The notes: generated by a model from the letters alone, not told the origin. Shown: positions 47,905 through 58,653, counted from the stretch's first letter. The stretch is DNA of 64,000 bases from Candidatus Bathyarchaeota archaeon (GCA_963807605.1 CAWECG010000004.1:256001-320000); one strand, 5' to 3'. Numbers and translations are program-made.

Positions 47905-48573
47905 CTAACTGGAGATAGCGAGCACTCGTATCTGATCTAAAGCATCTATAACGAGGTCGGCCATCTGCTCAAGCCTTTCAAGGATATCCTTGAGAGCTAA
48001 CAAAGTGGGGATCGCCATCTTACTGTTCAGGATCTCTACGTCCAACATTCTGTAAGTTGTATCTATCTCTCGCTCAACTTCTTCGACTGTGGAAGCCATC
48101 TCGAGAGCCTTATTAGAATTGAATGTCAGAGTCATCAACGTCTCTCTCATCCTGGATGCTTCTTCCAAGAGGAGGCTCGCAAGCTGTGATATTCCAATCA
48201 GGAACTTGGCATCTATCAATACCTTCCTCTCCCACGTGCTTGCGAATCTGAAAGCAACTCCTTCAGTTGTATCCACAATCTCAGAGAGTCTGAATGTTAA
48301 CCGAAGGAAGTCCTCCCTATTGATTAGAAACAATCCGAGTGATGCGACCTCTTCCAATAAACTGGATTTGAACTTTCGGGATAGTTCAATCAAGCTCAAC
48401 ATTTCTTTGTAATGCTCTTTTGCCTCGGCGCCCTTTTTCTTCGTCATCGAATCTATCATTAATGCAAGCTTTCTCACGATCTCGACTAGGTTTCTGGAGT
48501 TGTCTTGGCAAATGTTGAGAATCCTTCTTCGTGCCGTAGCCTCGGTTTCCAGAGGAAAAGTCAACCTGAGCAC
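47905..48573 (-). CDS. DUF47 (PhoU-like) family protein
   Basis: REDFLRL, VEREID and LEQMAD helical motifs. Confidence 0.8.
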   Translation of the reverse strand: MLRLTFPLETEATARRRILNICQDNSRNLVEIVRKLALMIDSMTKKKGAEAKEHYKEMLSLIELSRKFKSSLLEEVASLGLFLINREDFLRLTFRLSEIVDTTEGVAFRFASTWERKVLIDAKFLIGISQLASLLLEEASRMRETLMTLTFNSNKALEMASTVEEVEREIDTTYRMLDVEILNSKMAIPTLLALKDILERLEQMADLVIDALDQIRVLAISS

Positions 48574-48697
48574 CCGAATCTTGAGACGGGTATCTTGTCA
48601 GGTCTACAAATTTAAAAGACTATCTCGGTTGTTTCTGTCAAGTTTGTTGGGGCTAGTTCTAGGTATGTCTTCTGTTTCTTTAGTGTCAGGGCTGTCT

Positions 48698-49093
48698 TTA
48701 AGCGGCACGTTCCTGAAAAACCTCGTTAGCCACGCTCATGGCGTTCAGAGCCGAAGGAAACCCCGCATAAACAGCAGTCTGCATGATCACCTCAACGATC
48801 TCCTCACGAGTGCAACCAGCATTCAGCGCTCCATGAATGTGTGCCTTGAGTTGGGTTTGAGCGTTTCCAAGAGCCGTCAAAACTGCAACTGCAGCTGCCT
48901 CTCTCGACTTTAAATCCAGACCTGGACGAGAGTAAATGTCGCCAAATGTGAATTCTATTAGGTAACGCGCAAAATCAGGCGCTATTGACTGAAGATCTTC
49001 GATGACACGCTCACCAGTTTTGCCATGAATCTCTCTTAGCTTTTTCCAGCCACGTTCGTAGCGACTCGTATCAATCATAGATTTCTTCCTCAT
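48698..49093 (-). CDS. carboxymuconolactone decarboxylase family protein
   Basis: FGDIYSRPGLDLKSRE and YAGFPSALNA motifs. Confidence 0.92.
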   Translation of the reverse strand: MRKKSMIDTSRYERGWKKLREIHGKTGERVIEDLQSIAPDFARYLIEFTFGDIYSRPGLDLKSREAAAVAVLTALGNAQTQLKAHIHGALNAGCTREEIVEVIMQTAVYAGFPSALNAMSVANEVFQERAA

Positions 49094-49214
49094 TATGTGA
49101 GAATTTTCACATTATTTAAGTTGAAACCCTCGCCAGCCTGGTTTGTCTTCAGGACCAGTTCTGACAAGTTTCAAAGACTAACTGGAGGCGACCCGCTCAG
49201 CGTTGTTCTCGCTC

Positions 49215-50913
49215 CTATGTGTTTGACAGTTTGTGGATAACGTCGGGTAATTCTTCCTTGTGGACCCTCGTCTGTTCCCATGTGTCTCTATCCCTAAGAG
49301 TGACCGTTTCGTCGGTCAGAGTATCATAGTCGATTGTAATTGCGAGAGGGACCCCAATTTCATCTGACCTAGCGTATCTTCTTCCAATGGATCCCACGTC
49401 ATCATAGTATGTCTCGAGCCGGCAATCGAGCAGATGTCGGTAGATTTTGTCTGCCTCATTGACTAAATCAATCTTAGTGACCAGAGGTAAAACAACTGCC
49501 TGAAATGGAGCAAGGTTTCGAGGAAGTTTCAGAGATCACTCTATCCTCCTTTTTTGAGTATGCATACTCCATCATTGCGTACACGAGTCTATCTGCCCCG
49601 AAACTCGGCTCAACAACATGTGGGGTTATTCTCCTGCCAGTTTCTTTTCTCTTGAAGGAGTATACCTTGAAGTGGTCAGGAGTTATTGTAAAGTTGTCGA
49701 TTCTGAACGAGCCCGTCTTGAGAAACGATTCCTCTACAATCGCCGGATCTGCCGATTTGACGACTTCCATAACTCGAGCAGAGTTCTCTGCAAAAGTTCT
49801 CTTAATGGCCTCCGGATTTGGATTCAGACGTTTCACTTCGACCTCGATTGGCTCTGAGTACGGTCGGAAGACCCGTTTGTCTACGCCTGAGTAGTGCATA
49901 TGTCTTGAGATATCATAGGATGTCCTGTACGCATGACCTGAGATCTCCGTCCACCCCCATCTGTCTAAGTAGATTTCTTGGTCGAAGGTTTGAGCTGAGT
50001 AATGTGCCCTTTCGGCTGGAAGCTTCTCCAAAAACCGCTGTTTATCCGGCGGAATTCCAAGCTCGGTGATGAACTGCTGCGATAATGCCATGAAATAGGC
50101 CATCCACTCAATCAGAATAACTTTTCTGCGCACAGCCTCCTTCACTGTGATCTGAATGGGTTCTTCCGATCCTGCTGAGCGTACGTGAATCGGAATCATA
50201 CGTATCTCTGTATCTTCTACTTCCTTGAGCCAAGTGCATAGTGGCTCCTCTGGGTCGAAGAAGAATTCAAACTCCATTATTGTAAACTCTCTTAGTCTCA
50301 GGGGGCCTTGGCGTGGGGAGATCTCATTTCTGAGTGCGTGTCCGACTTGACCTATCCCTAACGGGAATTGTTCTCGGGCGACCTCGTATATGCGTTTGAA
50401 GTTGACGAATATTCCTTGAGCAGCCTCAGGTCTTCCGTATCCAGTGGCATCTGCTCCGATAGTTGTCTTAAACATTGTTTGAACATAGGCAGGCGCGGAA
50501 AGCTCTCCGCTACACTCTGGACAGGCTATTCCTCTTGCCTTCAACTCTTTGGTGAGTTGGGTCAAATCTAATGATTCTGTATGTAGTGCTCCGGCATCTG
50601 AGAGAAGATGATCTACTCGGTATCTCCTATTGCAGATTTTACAAACGACCATAGGATCCTTGAAGTGCTCGATGTGACCTGAAGCTTCGAAGACTCTTTC
50701 GGGAGTTATTGTCGGGGTCTCTATCTCCAGAAAGCCATGCCTCTTTAGAAAGAAGTCCCTCCATTTATTCTCAATTTTTCTTTTCAGCGTGGTTCCCGTA
50801 GGTCCAAAATCTAGGAATCCTCCTACACCGCCATAAATCTCGTAAGAGGGCCAGAAGAACCCTCTCCGATGAGCAAGTTCAATGACTCTCTCATATTTGT
50901 CAGTCTTTTTCAT
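49215..50913 (-). CDS. glyS: glycine--tRNA ligase, with a one-base frameshift near 49532
   Basis: RRGFFWPSYEIYGG, RNEISPRQG and EPSFG; the anticodon-binding domain (LAPFQAVVLPL...GSIGRRYARSDEIG) continues in another frame to 49215. Confidence 0.93.
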
Positions 50914-50973
50914 TGGGGATCAACCGGAGAACGTATATTCACCAGATTGAGCGCCTGGTAAAAGGATTGAGTC

Positions 50974-51714
50974 TTATGATGTCTCATTTTGCTTACTCAA
51001 CCTATCCCAGATTGCATCAATCAAGTTTGGCAAGTCTGCCAAACTCCCTATTATGAAGTCTGGCTCCCGAGACTTGATCTCTTCTAGGAATATCCCAGTC
51101 ACCACTGCGACTGATACTGCATTCGCTCTTCTGGCTGCGTCCACGTCTGTTGGCATATCGCCAACAAGGACGCATCTCTGGACTGGCAAATTCAATGTCT
51201 TTGCCGCCAGTATTATCTGCTCTGGCGACGGCTTAAAAGTATGAACGTCTTCTCGTGTTAAGATAACATCAAAACAGTCGATCAGATCAAGGCTGCGAAG
51301 TTTACTAATCACGTATCTTCGGTTTCTTGATGTCACAAGGCCTAGCTTGATGTTCGGATCTTTCTTGAGGCTCTTTATCGCCTCAACCACTCCTTCTACT
51401 GGCGGGGCCTGATAAGCAGTACGTTTCAGCTCAAAGTAAGATGTCAGGGGCAGAAGCGCCTTCTTCCATAAGGGCAATCCAAGTATTCCCCCAATTCTCC
51501 AGATAAGTCGCAGTTCAGAGAATCTTGTGGTCCGACCTCCCATGATCATTCTGAGATCTTTCCCAATACGTTTCTGTTGCTCTTCCCCTATTGTCACTCC
51601 AATCGCAGATGAAACTTTGATGAAAGCCTGCTTGAGAGGGATCATGGAGTTCACAATCGTACCGTCTAAATCGAGAAGGACTCCTAGTGTCTGATCTTTT
51701 CCCGTTTCCGACAT
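50974..51714 (-). CDS. HAD family hydrolase
   Basis: DLDGT, LVTS, KPSP and VGDMPTD motifs. Confidence 0.9.
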   Translation of the reverse strand: MSETGKDQTLGVLLDLDGTIVNSMIPLKQAFIKVSSAIGVTIGEEQQKRIGKDLRMIMGGRTTRFSELRLIWRIGGILGLPLWKKALLPLTSYFELKRTAYQAPPVEGVVEAIKSLKKDPNIKLGLVTSRNRRYVISKLRSLDLIDCFDVILTREDVHTFKPSPEQIILAAKTLNLPVQRCVLVGDMPTDVDAARRANAVSVAVVTGIFLEEIKSREPDFIIGSLADLPNLIDAIWDRLSKQNETS

Positions 51715-51800
51715 CTGTGTATTCGTCCTGGTGTGTCACCTAGTCTCTCATGCATCATGCTCGTCAACTTAATACATGAATGTCTAGATAATTGTAATCC

Positions 51801-53240
51801 ATGCCAAAGCTTGTCACCGGCAACGAAGTGTTCGACCACATAGCTGACATTGATGCTGGCGCCTCGATATTGGTCTTGGATATCACTAGGTTTGAGTCGA
51901 TGCACTTTCTGAATTCGCTTTTTCGGAATTCGCCATACAAAGATAAAGTCCTAATCGTCTCATGCGAACCGATTGATACCCCTTTTCAGCTTAGGAAGAT
52001 AAGTCTCGATACATTCCATGACCCTACTGAACTAAGCATTGAGATTGAGAGGTATAGACAGGTTGTCGGCAACCAGGGCGTTATTATACATCACTACTTG
52101 CCGCATGTATTGGTTAAGGAGAGCGAAGAGCTTGTTCTCAGAATGATAGAATACTGGCTCATGAAACAACCCAGCGTCGTCACTAGTCAGTTCTTCACTT
52201 TGCCCAAGGCAACCTTCACTTTTTTTGAAAAGAAACTCCAATCCTTGGTGTCTGGTGTTATTTCTATCAGCGTCCTAAGGACGGAGAAGGAGAGAGGCCT
52301 TTCATTCCAGATCGTGGGCTCTTGCCGTCCTGAATATCATATGGAAGAATTTCCTTTTGTCGTTCAGAATGGGTGCCTGTTAATCAAATGGAGGGAGGCT
52401 TTTACCGATACACTCCCACGTGAGGAGGAGACTGCAATAGCAAATAGAATCGATTACCTTAGGACGAATTTCAACTCGACCAAGATCATCCGAGATGATT
52501 CCTCCTTCACAACTGAAGGCTTGAGCCCATACGATAAGTGGTTACTTCTGCAATTGATAGGATGGAGGCTGGAAGAGGTTGAACGGTATTTCCCTGAGAG
52601 TATGAATGGCATTCTAAGGAAACTGGCGCTGTGGAATCTAAAGGGGTTGGTTAGGTTCGAAGCGACCGAATTTCGAACTCCATCCTCTGTCAAGATAGGA
52701 TTGAAAGCTACGACGAGGTTAGCACTCTTGCTACCCACCATAATCTCTCTTCAGGCTCTGAGGAAGCGACGACACACAATCCCAATGAATGTATATAATG
52801 CCCTCAGAAGGTCAGTCCAAGCTTTCGCTTCGGACAGGTTGCGTGAAGAGGATCTTAAAAAGGAGCTTGCAGAGTTCGAGACGTATTTCCAAGATGTGAC
52901 TGCAAGAACGGCGGTTATCGAGACATTTGCCGAACTTGGGGAAGATTTAAGATCAAATATGGATCTCAAGTACCTGCCCAAGATACTCTCCCTTGCCATC
53001 TACTATGGTTACGGTTTGAAACCGAGGATATCTAAGATATCCGAGGAGCTTTACGAGATCGAACTCCGAGATTGTTTCATCTGCTCAGATGTGAAGAGCG
53101 AGGATCCTGTATGCCAGCTTCTTATCGGCACAATTGTTGGTTGCTGCAGCGTCGTTTTCAGAGAGCATTTCTCGTGTGATGAAGTCCAGTGCAAAGCCTC
53201 TGGAGAGAAATCATGTGTCTTCTACCTGAGGAGACGTTGA
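51801..53240 (+). CDS. V4R-domain protein with a degenerate KaiC/RecA-like N-terminal domain
   Basis: N-terminus KLVTGNEVFD..ILVL lacks a Walker A; C-terminal DCFIC..PVC..EVQCKASGEKSCVF. Confidence 0.7.
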   Translation: MPKLVTGNEVFDHIADIDAGASILVLDITRFESMHFLNSLFRNSPYKDKVLIVSCEPIDTPFQLRKISLDTFHDPTELSIEIERYRQVVGNQGVIIHHYLPHVLVKESEELVLRMIEYWLMKQPSVVTSQFFTLPKATFTFFEKKLQSLVSGVISISVLRTEKERGLSFQIVGSCRPEYHMEEFPFVVQNGCLLIKWREAFTDTLPREEETAIANRIDYLRTNFNSTKIIRDDSSFTTEGLSPYDKWLLLQLIGWRLEEVERYFPESMNGILRKLALWNLKGLVRFEATEFRTPSSVKIGLKATTRLALLLPTIISLQALRKRRHTIPMNVYNALRRSVQAFASDRLREEDLKKELAEFETYFQDVTARTAVIETFAELGEDLRSNMDLKYLPKILSLAIYYGYGLKPRISKISEELYEIELRDCFICSDVKSEDPVCQLLIGTIVGCCSVVFREHFSCDEVQCKASGEKSCVFYLRRR

Positions 53241-54587
53241 CCTGGTCAAAGAACCTGCTGAATCATGTCCCGTTGCCAAGTCTTGTTTCAACTCCATGAG
53301 CCAGCGAGGAAAAAGTAAGGGATCCTCTGGAAATCTCCTGCAGTGTGACGATACAGCATCCATTCTTCGCTTTAGTGTCAGAAGACTAAACAAGAGGCGT
53401 GTCCGATAAGACATCTTAAAGAAAATGCCTGCCTTGTTTCGTGAAGACAGTTCTCCGAAGAGATCTCCTGAATGGTACTCTCGTCTTATTCCAAGTGCCT
53501 TGAAGAACTCGGCCATCTGTTGGGACTTGAGACCTCGAATGAAATCACTAAGCACCTTGTTTGTTGTGTATCTGCATCCTTGTCTCTTCATGTATTCGAC
53601 GTTAAACTTCCAAAGGGCTTTGGTCGAAGTGTCGTCCTTTTCCAGACAAGCGGATGCAATGTCGCCTGCGATTCTCGCTGCGCCCATGGCGGGCCCGATA
53701 CCGTCTCCGTTGAGTGGATTTGCGTGATAAGCGGCATCACCGATGGCCAAGAACCCGTCAGCGACGGCATTTGGCAATGGTTGACGAAGCGGAACTAGAC
53801 CGATTTCGGATCTGACGAATTCAGAACCTTTCAAAGCTGGGTTCTCTTGAACGAATCTGTTGAAATTTGATTGGAGTTGTGTTGATGTAGTCTCATGTCT
53901 CCAAGGGATGAGAAGACCGGTATTGACCACGTTGCCCTGTTTGGGTATAATCCAGCAGTATCCGCCGGGGGCCACATCCCAATCATAGTGTAGTGAGCAG
54001 TAATCTTCAAACTTCTCAGTGAGCCGGCGATACTCTCTGTATCCAAGGCCGATGTCGAAGCGATTCACGGTCCCGGAGACAGTCCAAGACGCCGGAAGGG
54101 TAGTCCTTACCGCTCCTACAATCCCTGTCGCGTCAACTGTTATTGGAGCTTTGAAGATTTTCGTATCTCCGGCGTGCTTGGAGACCACGCCTATGACTCG
54201 GCCACCCTCCAACACAGCCTTCGTTACCCTGTGTTCTGAAAATAGTTCTACGCCTTTGTCTTGAGCCTCCTGCAAGAGATGTTGACCGAAGGCATGCCTG
54301 TTCAGTGTAAATCCTTTGCCATAAATTGTGAATGTCGGTTCATCCGTCCCCGTGTAGAACCTGACGCCTTGAACAGTCCTTTCCACCTCTGTAGTTGGAG
54401 GGTCTATGCCCGCCTCGTGGAAGTCGTGGAGTCCCACACCGTCCCCGCAGACCTTGAGCCCTATCAGAGAACTCTTTTTGGACTCGACGAGAGCAACTCG
54501 AAAGCCATTGCGAGATATCAATCTTGATACAATTGAGCCGCCTATGCCCGAACCTGCAACCACTGCCTCGAACTTGTATTCGGTCAA
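53211..54587 (-). CDS. geranylgeranyl reductase family flavoprotein
   Basis: VAGSGIGG, KVCGDG, DATG, APGGYCWIIPK and IGDAA..NPLNGDGI motifs. Confidence 0.88.
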   Translation of the reverse strand: MTEYKFEAVVAGSGIGGSIVSRLISRNGFRVALVESKKSSLIGLKVCGDGVGLHDFHEAGIDPPTTEVERTVQGVRFYTGTDEPTFTIYGKGFTLNRHAFGQHLLQEAQDKGVELFSEHRVTKAVLEGGRVIGVVSKHAGDTKIFKAPITVDATGIVGAVRTTLPASWTVSGTVNRFDIGLGYREYRRLTEKFEDYCSLHYDWDVAPGGYCWIIPKQGNVVNTGLLIPWRHETTSTQLQSNFNRFVQENPALKGSEFVRSEIGLVPLRQPLPNAVADGFLAIGDAAYHANPLNGDGIGPAMGAARIAGDIASACLEKDDTSTKALWKFNVEYMKRQGCRYTTNKVLSDFIRGLKSQQMAEFFKALGIRREYHSGDLFGELSSRNKAGIFFKMSYRTRLLFSLLTLKRRMDAVSSHCRRFPEDPLLFPRWLMELKQDLATGHDSAGSLTRSTSPQVEDT

Positions 54588-54668
54588 TTTGGCTCCATTG
54601 ATAATAGTACTTCAGGTATTTCTCCTTAACAAGAACCCGACTCAAAAATTGTGGATGAGATCCTCGTC

Positions 54669-55958
54669 CTAAACATATCTAGTGTAAGTTGCTATTTGAT
54701 CGGAGATTTTGTACATCTTGCAACTGCCCAAAGATACAGCTGTCTTCAATAGGCTATTAGCGGTACGTTCATGCAAAAACCATTTTCTTATGGCAAACAT
54801 TCGCAGAATCTTCGCGCCGAATATCAGCGCATCTACGTCTATTGTTTGGCCTAACTCTTTCGCTTCCAAAAGAGGGTTGATCCCTTGGAGGAAAATCAGA
54901 TCGGCTAACTGAAGAGCCTCCTGTATTGCCTCGCGTTCCACTAGAATTTTTTGAAGATCCTTTCTATCCCGACTCAAGTCATGTTCGTCTATCTTGCCCC
55001 TATCTAGAGCAAGAAGGGGGACGCTATTCAATATCCCTAGTTTGAGATCCTCTTCTAGATCGGCAATGTCGTCATACAAGTTGCAACCCTTGAAGAAATA
55101 GTCAGCTGCTCTCCTGACGCAAGAAGCTGACTTTAATTCATTCTGATCAAGTCCACTCAGCGACCTTTCTAGAAAGCAGAAGTCTATGTCAACCCATATC
55201 TTGCCGACGCTCTTCTCGTTGACCTTCTGAATATAGTCTTGGATTGTCATGTGTGCGCCCGAGCCGGCGGCCTTCTGATCCATAGATCTTATCTGGCCAT
55301 TTATGTAATCCGCGAAATCTCTGAGATAGATTTGCATCGTGTCTGAAGTCCGATTCAAGTTTCGACTTACCAAGTCATAGGTCCATCGTGCCATTTTCAT
55401 GCAGGAATTCTCAGCGCTTTTCAGAAAGTTGTCGGCAGCATCAAAATCAAAAGACTCTTCTGTAAACGCCCTCAAGTGCTCGTACTGAGAATCAACAGCT
55501 CTCTCCTTGTCACACAGTCGATCATGAATGTTGTCCAGTACTTTGATACTGGTAATCGCCGATGTCTTCGCCAACATGGAGGATAGAATCTGGAAATGAT
55601 TCGCAGATTTCGCAAGTACTGGTAGAGAAGTCAAAACTGATAGGTAAGCCCCATAATAATAGTGCTTTTTCTTAAGCAGTCTGTGAAAACGAAGCTCATC
55701 AGGCGAAAGGCAAAGGGTCTCATCCAACCCAGTTACGAGTCGTTGTCTAAAGATATCCACTGACTCTGCCACTAGCCTGACGCTGTTTGGGAATTTGGTC
55801 GATTTGAACCGGTTCATACACATGAGCAAAGAAATTGCTGACGCCTTATACAGTAAACTGGTCCCCTCATTCCTACCGGTAGTTGGTTCTGAACCGCTCT
55901 CCATCACGACGCGAGCGTAGGCTGGCAAAAATTCACCTGAATAATGGGTCCACTGCAC
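54669..55958 (-). CDS. class I isoprenoid synthase / terpene synthase-fold protein
   Basis: LDNIHD, EKSVG and NLYDDIADLEEDL motifs. Confidence 0.65.
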   Translation of the reverse strand: MQWTHYSGEFLPAYARVVMESGSEPTTGRNEGTSLLYKASAISLLMCMNRFKSTKFPNSVRLVAESVDIFRQRLVTGLDETLCLSPDELRFHRLLKKKHYYYGAYLSVLTSLPVLAKSANHFQILSSMLAKTSAITSIKVLDNIHDRLCDKERAVDSQYEHLRAFTEESFDFDAADNFLKSAENSCMKMARWTYDLVSRNLNRTSDTMQIYLRDFADYINGQIRSMDQKAAGSGAHMTIQDYIQKVNEKSVGKIWVDIDFCFLERSLSGLDQNELKSASCVRRAADYFFKGCNLYDDIADLEEDLKLGILNSVPLLALDRGKIDEHDLSRDRKDLQKILVEREAIQEALQLADLIFLQGINPLLEAKELGQTIDVDALIFGAKILRMFAIRKWFLHERTANSLLKTAVSLGSCKMYKISDQIATYTRYV

Positions 55959-56391
55959 CGAGAAGATAAGCTACTGTAACCATACCACCGCCATACAGCA
56001 TCATCTGTGACACAATCCTGTGTCATCTATGTGGCACTAATTCACGTTGCTATGTCAACTTCATATTTAACAGTTATTATTATCGACTTTTCTCGACTTG
56101 GCACCGGTCCGCCACACTGTGCCATAAGGACTTGGAAAGAAGCCGTGAAAGTTGGTCTTTAGATTCATCTTCGAGGCCTGCTTCCGCTCCCAAGTACTAT
56201 AGCAGTTGCGAGTGTTTCGGTGAAAAAGGGAATAGTGGAAGGTGGGTTTCGTTCTACCGGTAGAATGATTCGAATAGATCTCCCACAGTTGATTGAGAGC
56301 TTAGGCAAAGGCGCAAACTTTTTTCGAATGAAAAGAGGTATTTAGAGGCACTGGACAGCATTCTATTCTGTCGGAACATTGGTGTTGTTCG

Positions 56392-57603
56392 GTGGGACGC
56401 CTCGTCGGGATTGTGGGAAAGCCAAACGTAGGCAAATCAACTTTCTTTACAGCGGCAACCATGGTCAGCGTACCTATTGCAGCCTATCCCTTCACCACCA
56501 TCAAACCAAATCGCGGTATAGGTTACGTTCGGGCCGACTGTGTCTGCAAAGAGTTCGGAGTCAAGGATGAACCTGTCAACTCCTTCTGCAAAGACGGTGT
56601 TAGATTGATTCCAGTGGAGCTTGTTGACTGTGCGGGGTTAGTTCCCGATGCTTGGCAAGGTAGAGGACTCGGAAACCAGTTTCTTGACGAGATAATGACT
56701 GCCGATATGCTGATTCACGTTATCGATGCGTCCGGCGGGACAAATCTAGAAGGCAAAATGTGCGAAGCCGGAACTCACGATCCTATGGAAGACGTGACTT
56801 TTTTAGAGCATGAACTGGATATGTGGTTACTTCGAATTCTCAAAAGAAATTGGGAAAAAATAGCTCGACAAGCAAAGGTTTCGAAGGATGACCTCATTGA
56901 GGACTTAATGGAACGCATGAGTGGGCTTTCCATCACGCGTGGATCGATAGAAGATGCTCTTAGGGAATCGCAACTTGATGTAGGAAGAATTTCCTGCTGG
57001 TCTGATACTGATTTGGTCACACTTGTCCACAGAATACGATTGCTTTCCAAACCGATGATGATCGTCGCAAACAAGATCGATCTACACGAGGCGAGAGAGA
57101 ATCTAACACGACTCTCAACCACAGGTTACAAAGTTACAGCTTGCTCAGCTGAGGCAGAGCTGGCACTAAGAAGATCAAGAGAGAAGAACCTCACCGACTA
57201 TATTCCAGGAGACAGTGACTTCAGAATACTTAATCGTGAGTCGTTAACGCAGGAACAGTCGAGAGCTCTGGAGAAAATAAAGAAGGAGATTCTGGAGCCA
57301 TTTTGTTCTACGGGGGTCCAGGAAGCGATGAATTTCGCTTTTCTCAAGCTTCTCGGAATGGTAGTAGTTTATCCAGTTGAGAATGCTGAGAGTCTCACAG
57401 ATCATAAAGGGAGAGTGCTTCCTGATGCTTATCTTGTACCCCCCGGAACAACAGCCAAGGAATTTGCGAGCATGGTGCATTCCGATCTTGGCAAAGGCTT
57501 CCTTTACGCTACCGAGGCTAGGTCTGGGAAAAGGGTGGGAGAAGAGTACGTCGTAAGAGACAGAGATGTCCTGTCAATAACCAGTGCTTCGAGAAGAGGC
57601 TAG
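56392..57603 (+). CDS. ychF: archaeal Obg-family YchF-like ATPase/GTPase
   Basis: GKPNVGKST, YPFTT, GRGLGNQFL, NKID and C-terminal TGS domain. Confidence 0.92.
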   Translation: MGRLVGIVGKPNVGKSTFFTAATMVSVPIAAYPFTTIKPNRGIGYVRADCVCKEFGVKDEPVNSFCKDGVRLIPVELVDCAGLVPDAWQGRGLGNQFLDEIMTADMLIHVIDASGGTNLEGKMCEAGTHDPMEDVTFLEHELDMWLLRILKRNWEKIARQAKVSKDDLIEDLMERMSGLSITRGSIEDALRESQLDVGRISCWSDTDLVTLVHRIRLLSKPMMIVANKIDLHEARENLTRLSTTGYKVTACSAEAELALRRSREKNLTDYIPGDSDFRILNRESLTQEQSRALEKIKKEILEPFCSTGVQEAMNFAFLKLLGMVVVYPVENAESLTDHKGRVLPDAYLVPPGTTAKEFASMVHSDLGKGFLYATEARSGKRVGEEYVVRDRDVLSITSASRRG

Positions 57604-57613
57604 CGAACGCAAA

Positions 57614-58099
57614 TTACTCCGTATGCGTGTCCACGATCGATAGGTTTCTGAAACGTTCGGTGGCGACCTTGGCTAGCTTCCTGAAGAAACTCTTGTTTAG
57701 TCTCTTTCCTTTGTTGGTTCCAACGCAGCCCCCTCGAGCCAGTGTGATCTTTACCAAGTCTTCCTCACTTTTCATTTCGAATGGATAATATCGGCAGACA
57801 AGGGGCCTATTAGGATAAATCTGACAAACGGTTCCTTCCAGGAACCGGCATTTCCCACCGTCCTTTCGCATCTCATATCGGTACGGGCCGTTTGATGAAT
57901 GTGTCGCTAATTCTTCCACTGGAATGTCCGTTCTTCTTGAGATCTCGGATACCTCTGCCGGAAGTAAGCGTATGCGCCTTGCGTGGCCGGCTGTGTCTTG
58001 GCAACAAAGGCCACATCTCTGGCATTCCCAGCTGACATCGTCAGGATATGAAACGTCATACCCGAGAACTGAGAAGGGACCCCCTTTCCTTATGGTCAT
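57614..58099 (-). CDS. YkgJ family cysteine-cluster protein
   Basis: CQRCGLCC...CRFL...CQIYPNRPLVCRYYPF. Confidence 0.9.
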   Translation of the reverse strand: MTIRKGGPFSVLGYDVSYPDDVSWECQRCGLCCQDTAGHARRIRLLPAEVSEISRRTDIPVEELATHSSNGPYRYEMRKDGGKCRFLEGTVCQIYPNRPLVCRYYPFEMKSEEDLVKITLARGGCVGTNKGKRLNKSFFRKLAKVATERFRNLSIVDTHTE

Positions 58100-58149
58100 C
58101 TTGCCCTGCCTAAGAACGCCAAACGCTTACGTTTTAACAGAGTCTTCTC

Positions 58150-58326
58150 TTACCTGGCCTTTACGTGTTTGACTATGGGGGCTCGACACTTTTTCAGCAC
58201 TCTGTAGCCACAGATAGGGCATTTGACCTCTGGGGTCACCGATAGTTGTTCGGAAGTGACCTTTGCATTACAGTTGATGCATTCGTAAGTCATTCCCGCC
58301 CCAGTTTTTTTCTCTGTAGGTTCCAT
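58150..58326 (-). CDS. rpo12: RNA polymerase subunit Rpo12 (P)
   Basis: Hand translation MEPTEKKTGAGMTYECINCNAKVTSEQLSVTPEVKCPICGYRVLKKCRAPIVKHVKAR*; missed by the ORF track. Confidence 0.92.
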   Translation of the reverse strand: MEPTEKKTGAGMTYECINCNAKVTSEQLSVTPEVKCPICGYRVLKKCRAPIVKHVKAR

Positions 58327-58653
58327 ATGTAGAGTCGTTCCTCAAAGCGCAATGGCCAAAATTAAAGGTATTGTTTCGGGCTCGGCTAAACTGGATCCGC
58401 TGCGTGCGGACATGCGTGATTTTCCCCGGGTTTGACAAGGCTATTTCTTGGTTATAGTCGTGGGTATTATTCGCATGATGATCTCGTTGTCTGAGTCTCA
58501 TGACCAGAGCGTCGTCGTCTTGGATCGCGAAAGAACGTAGAGAAACAAGCATCTCTAAAAAGGCAAAGGTCAAACATGCGGCGACATCATGAACTCGTTG
58601 ATCGAGCATGACAGAGCTGACATGCTTTAGAAGTCTAGGAGCTCAGGATAAAG

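Noticed and set aside
55959-56391. Long intergenic gaps (also 24171-24680, 28117-28477, 59864-60239, 63441-63752) as tRNA/ncRNA loci
   Set aside because: No cloverleaf or other recognisable RNA motif by eye; tRNAscan-SE and Infernal would be needed to exclude them.
58432-58460. TTGACAAGG-CTATTTCT-TGGTTATAGTC as the right end and spacer of unit 3
   Set aside because: It lacks the GAACC terminus and would enclose about 40 kb of housekeeping genes; an 8-mer is expected by chance in 64 kb. Worth only a PWM check.
58268-58609. 113-aa minus-strand ORF from the track
   Set aside because: It overlaps the 5' end of rpo12 in another frame and has no recognisable motif.
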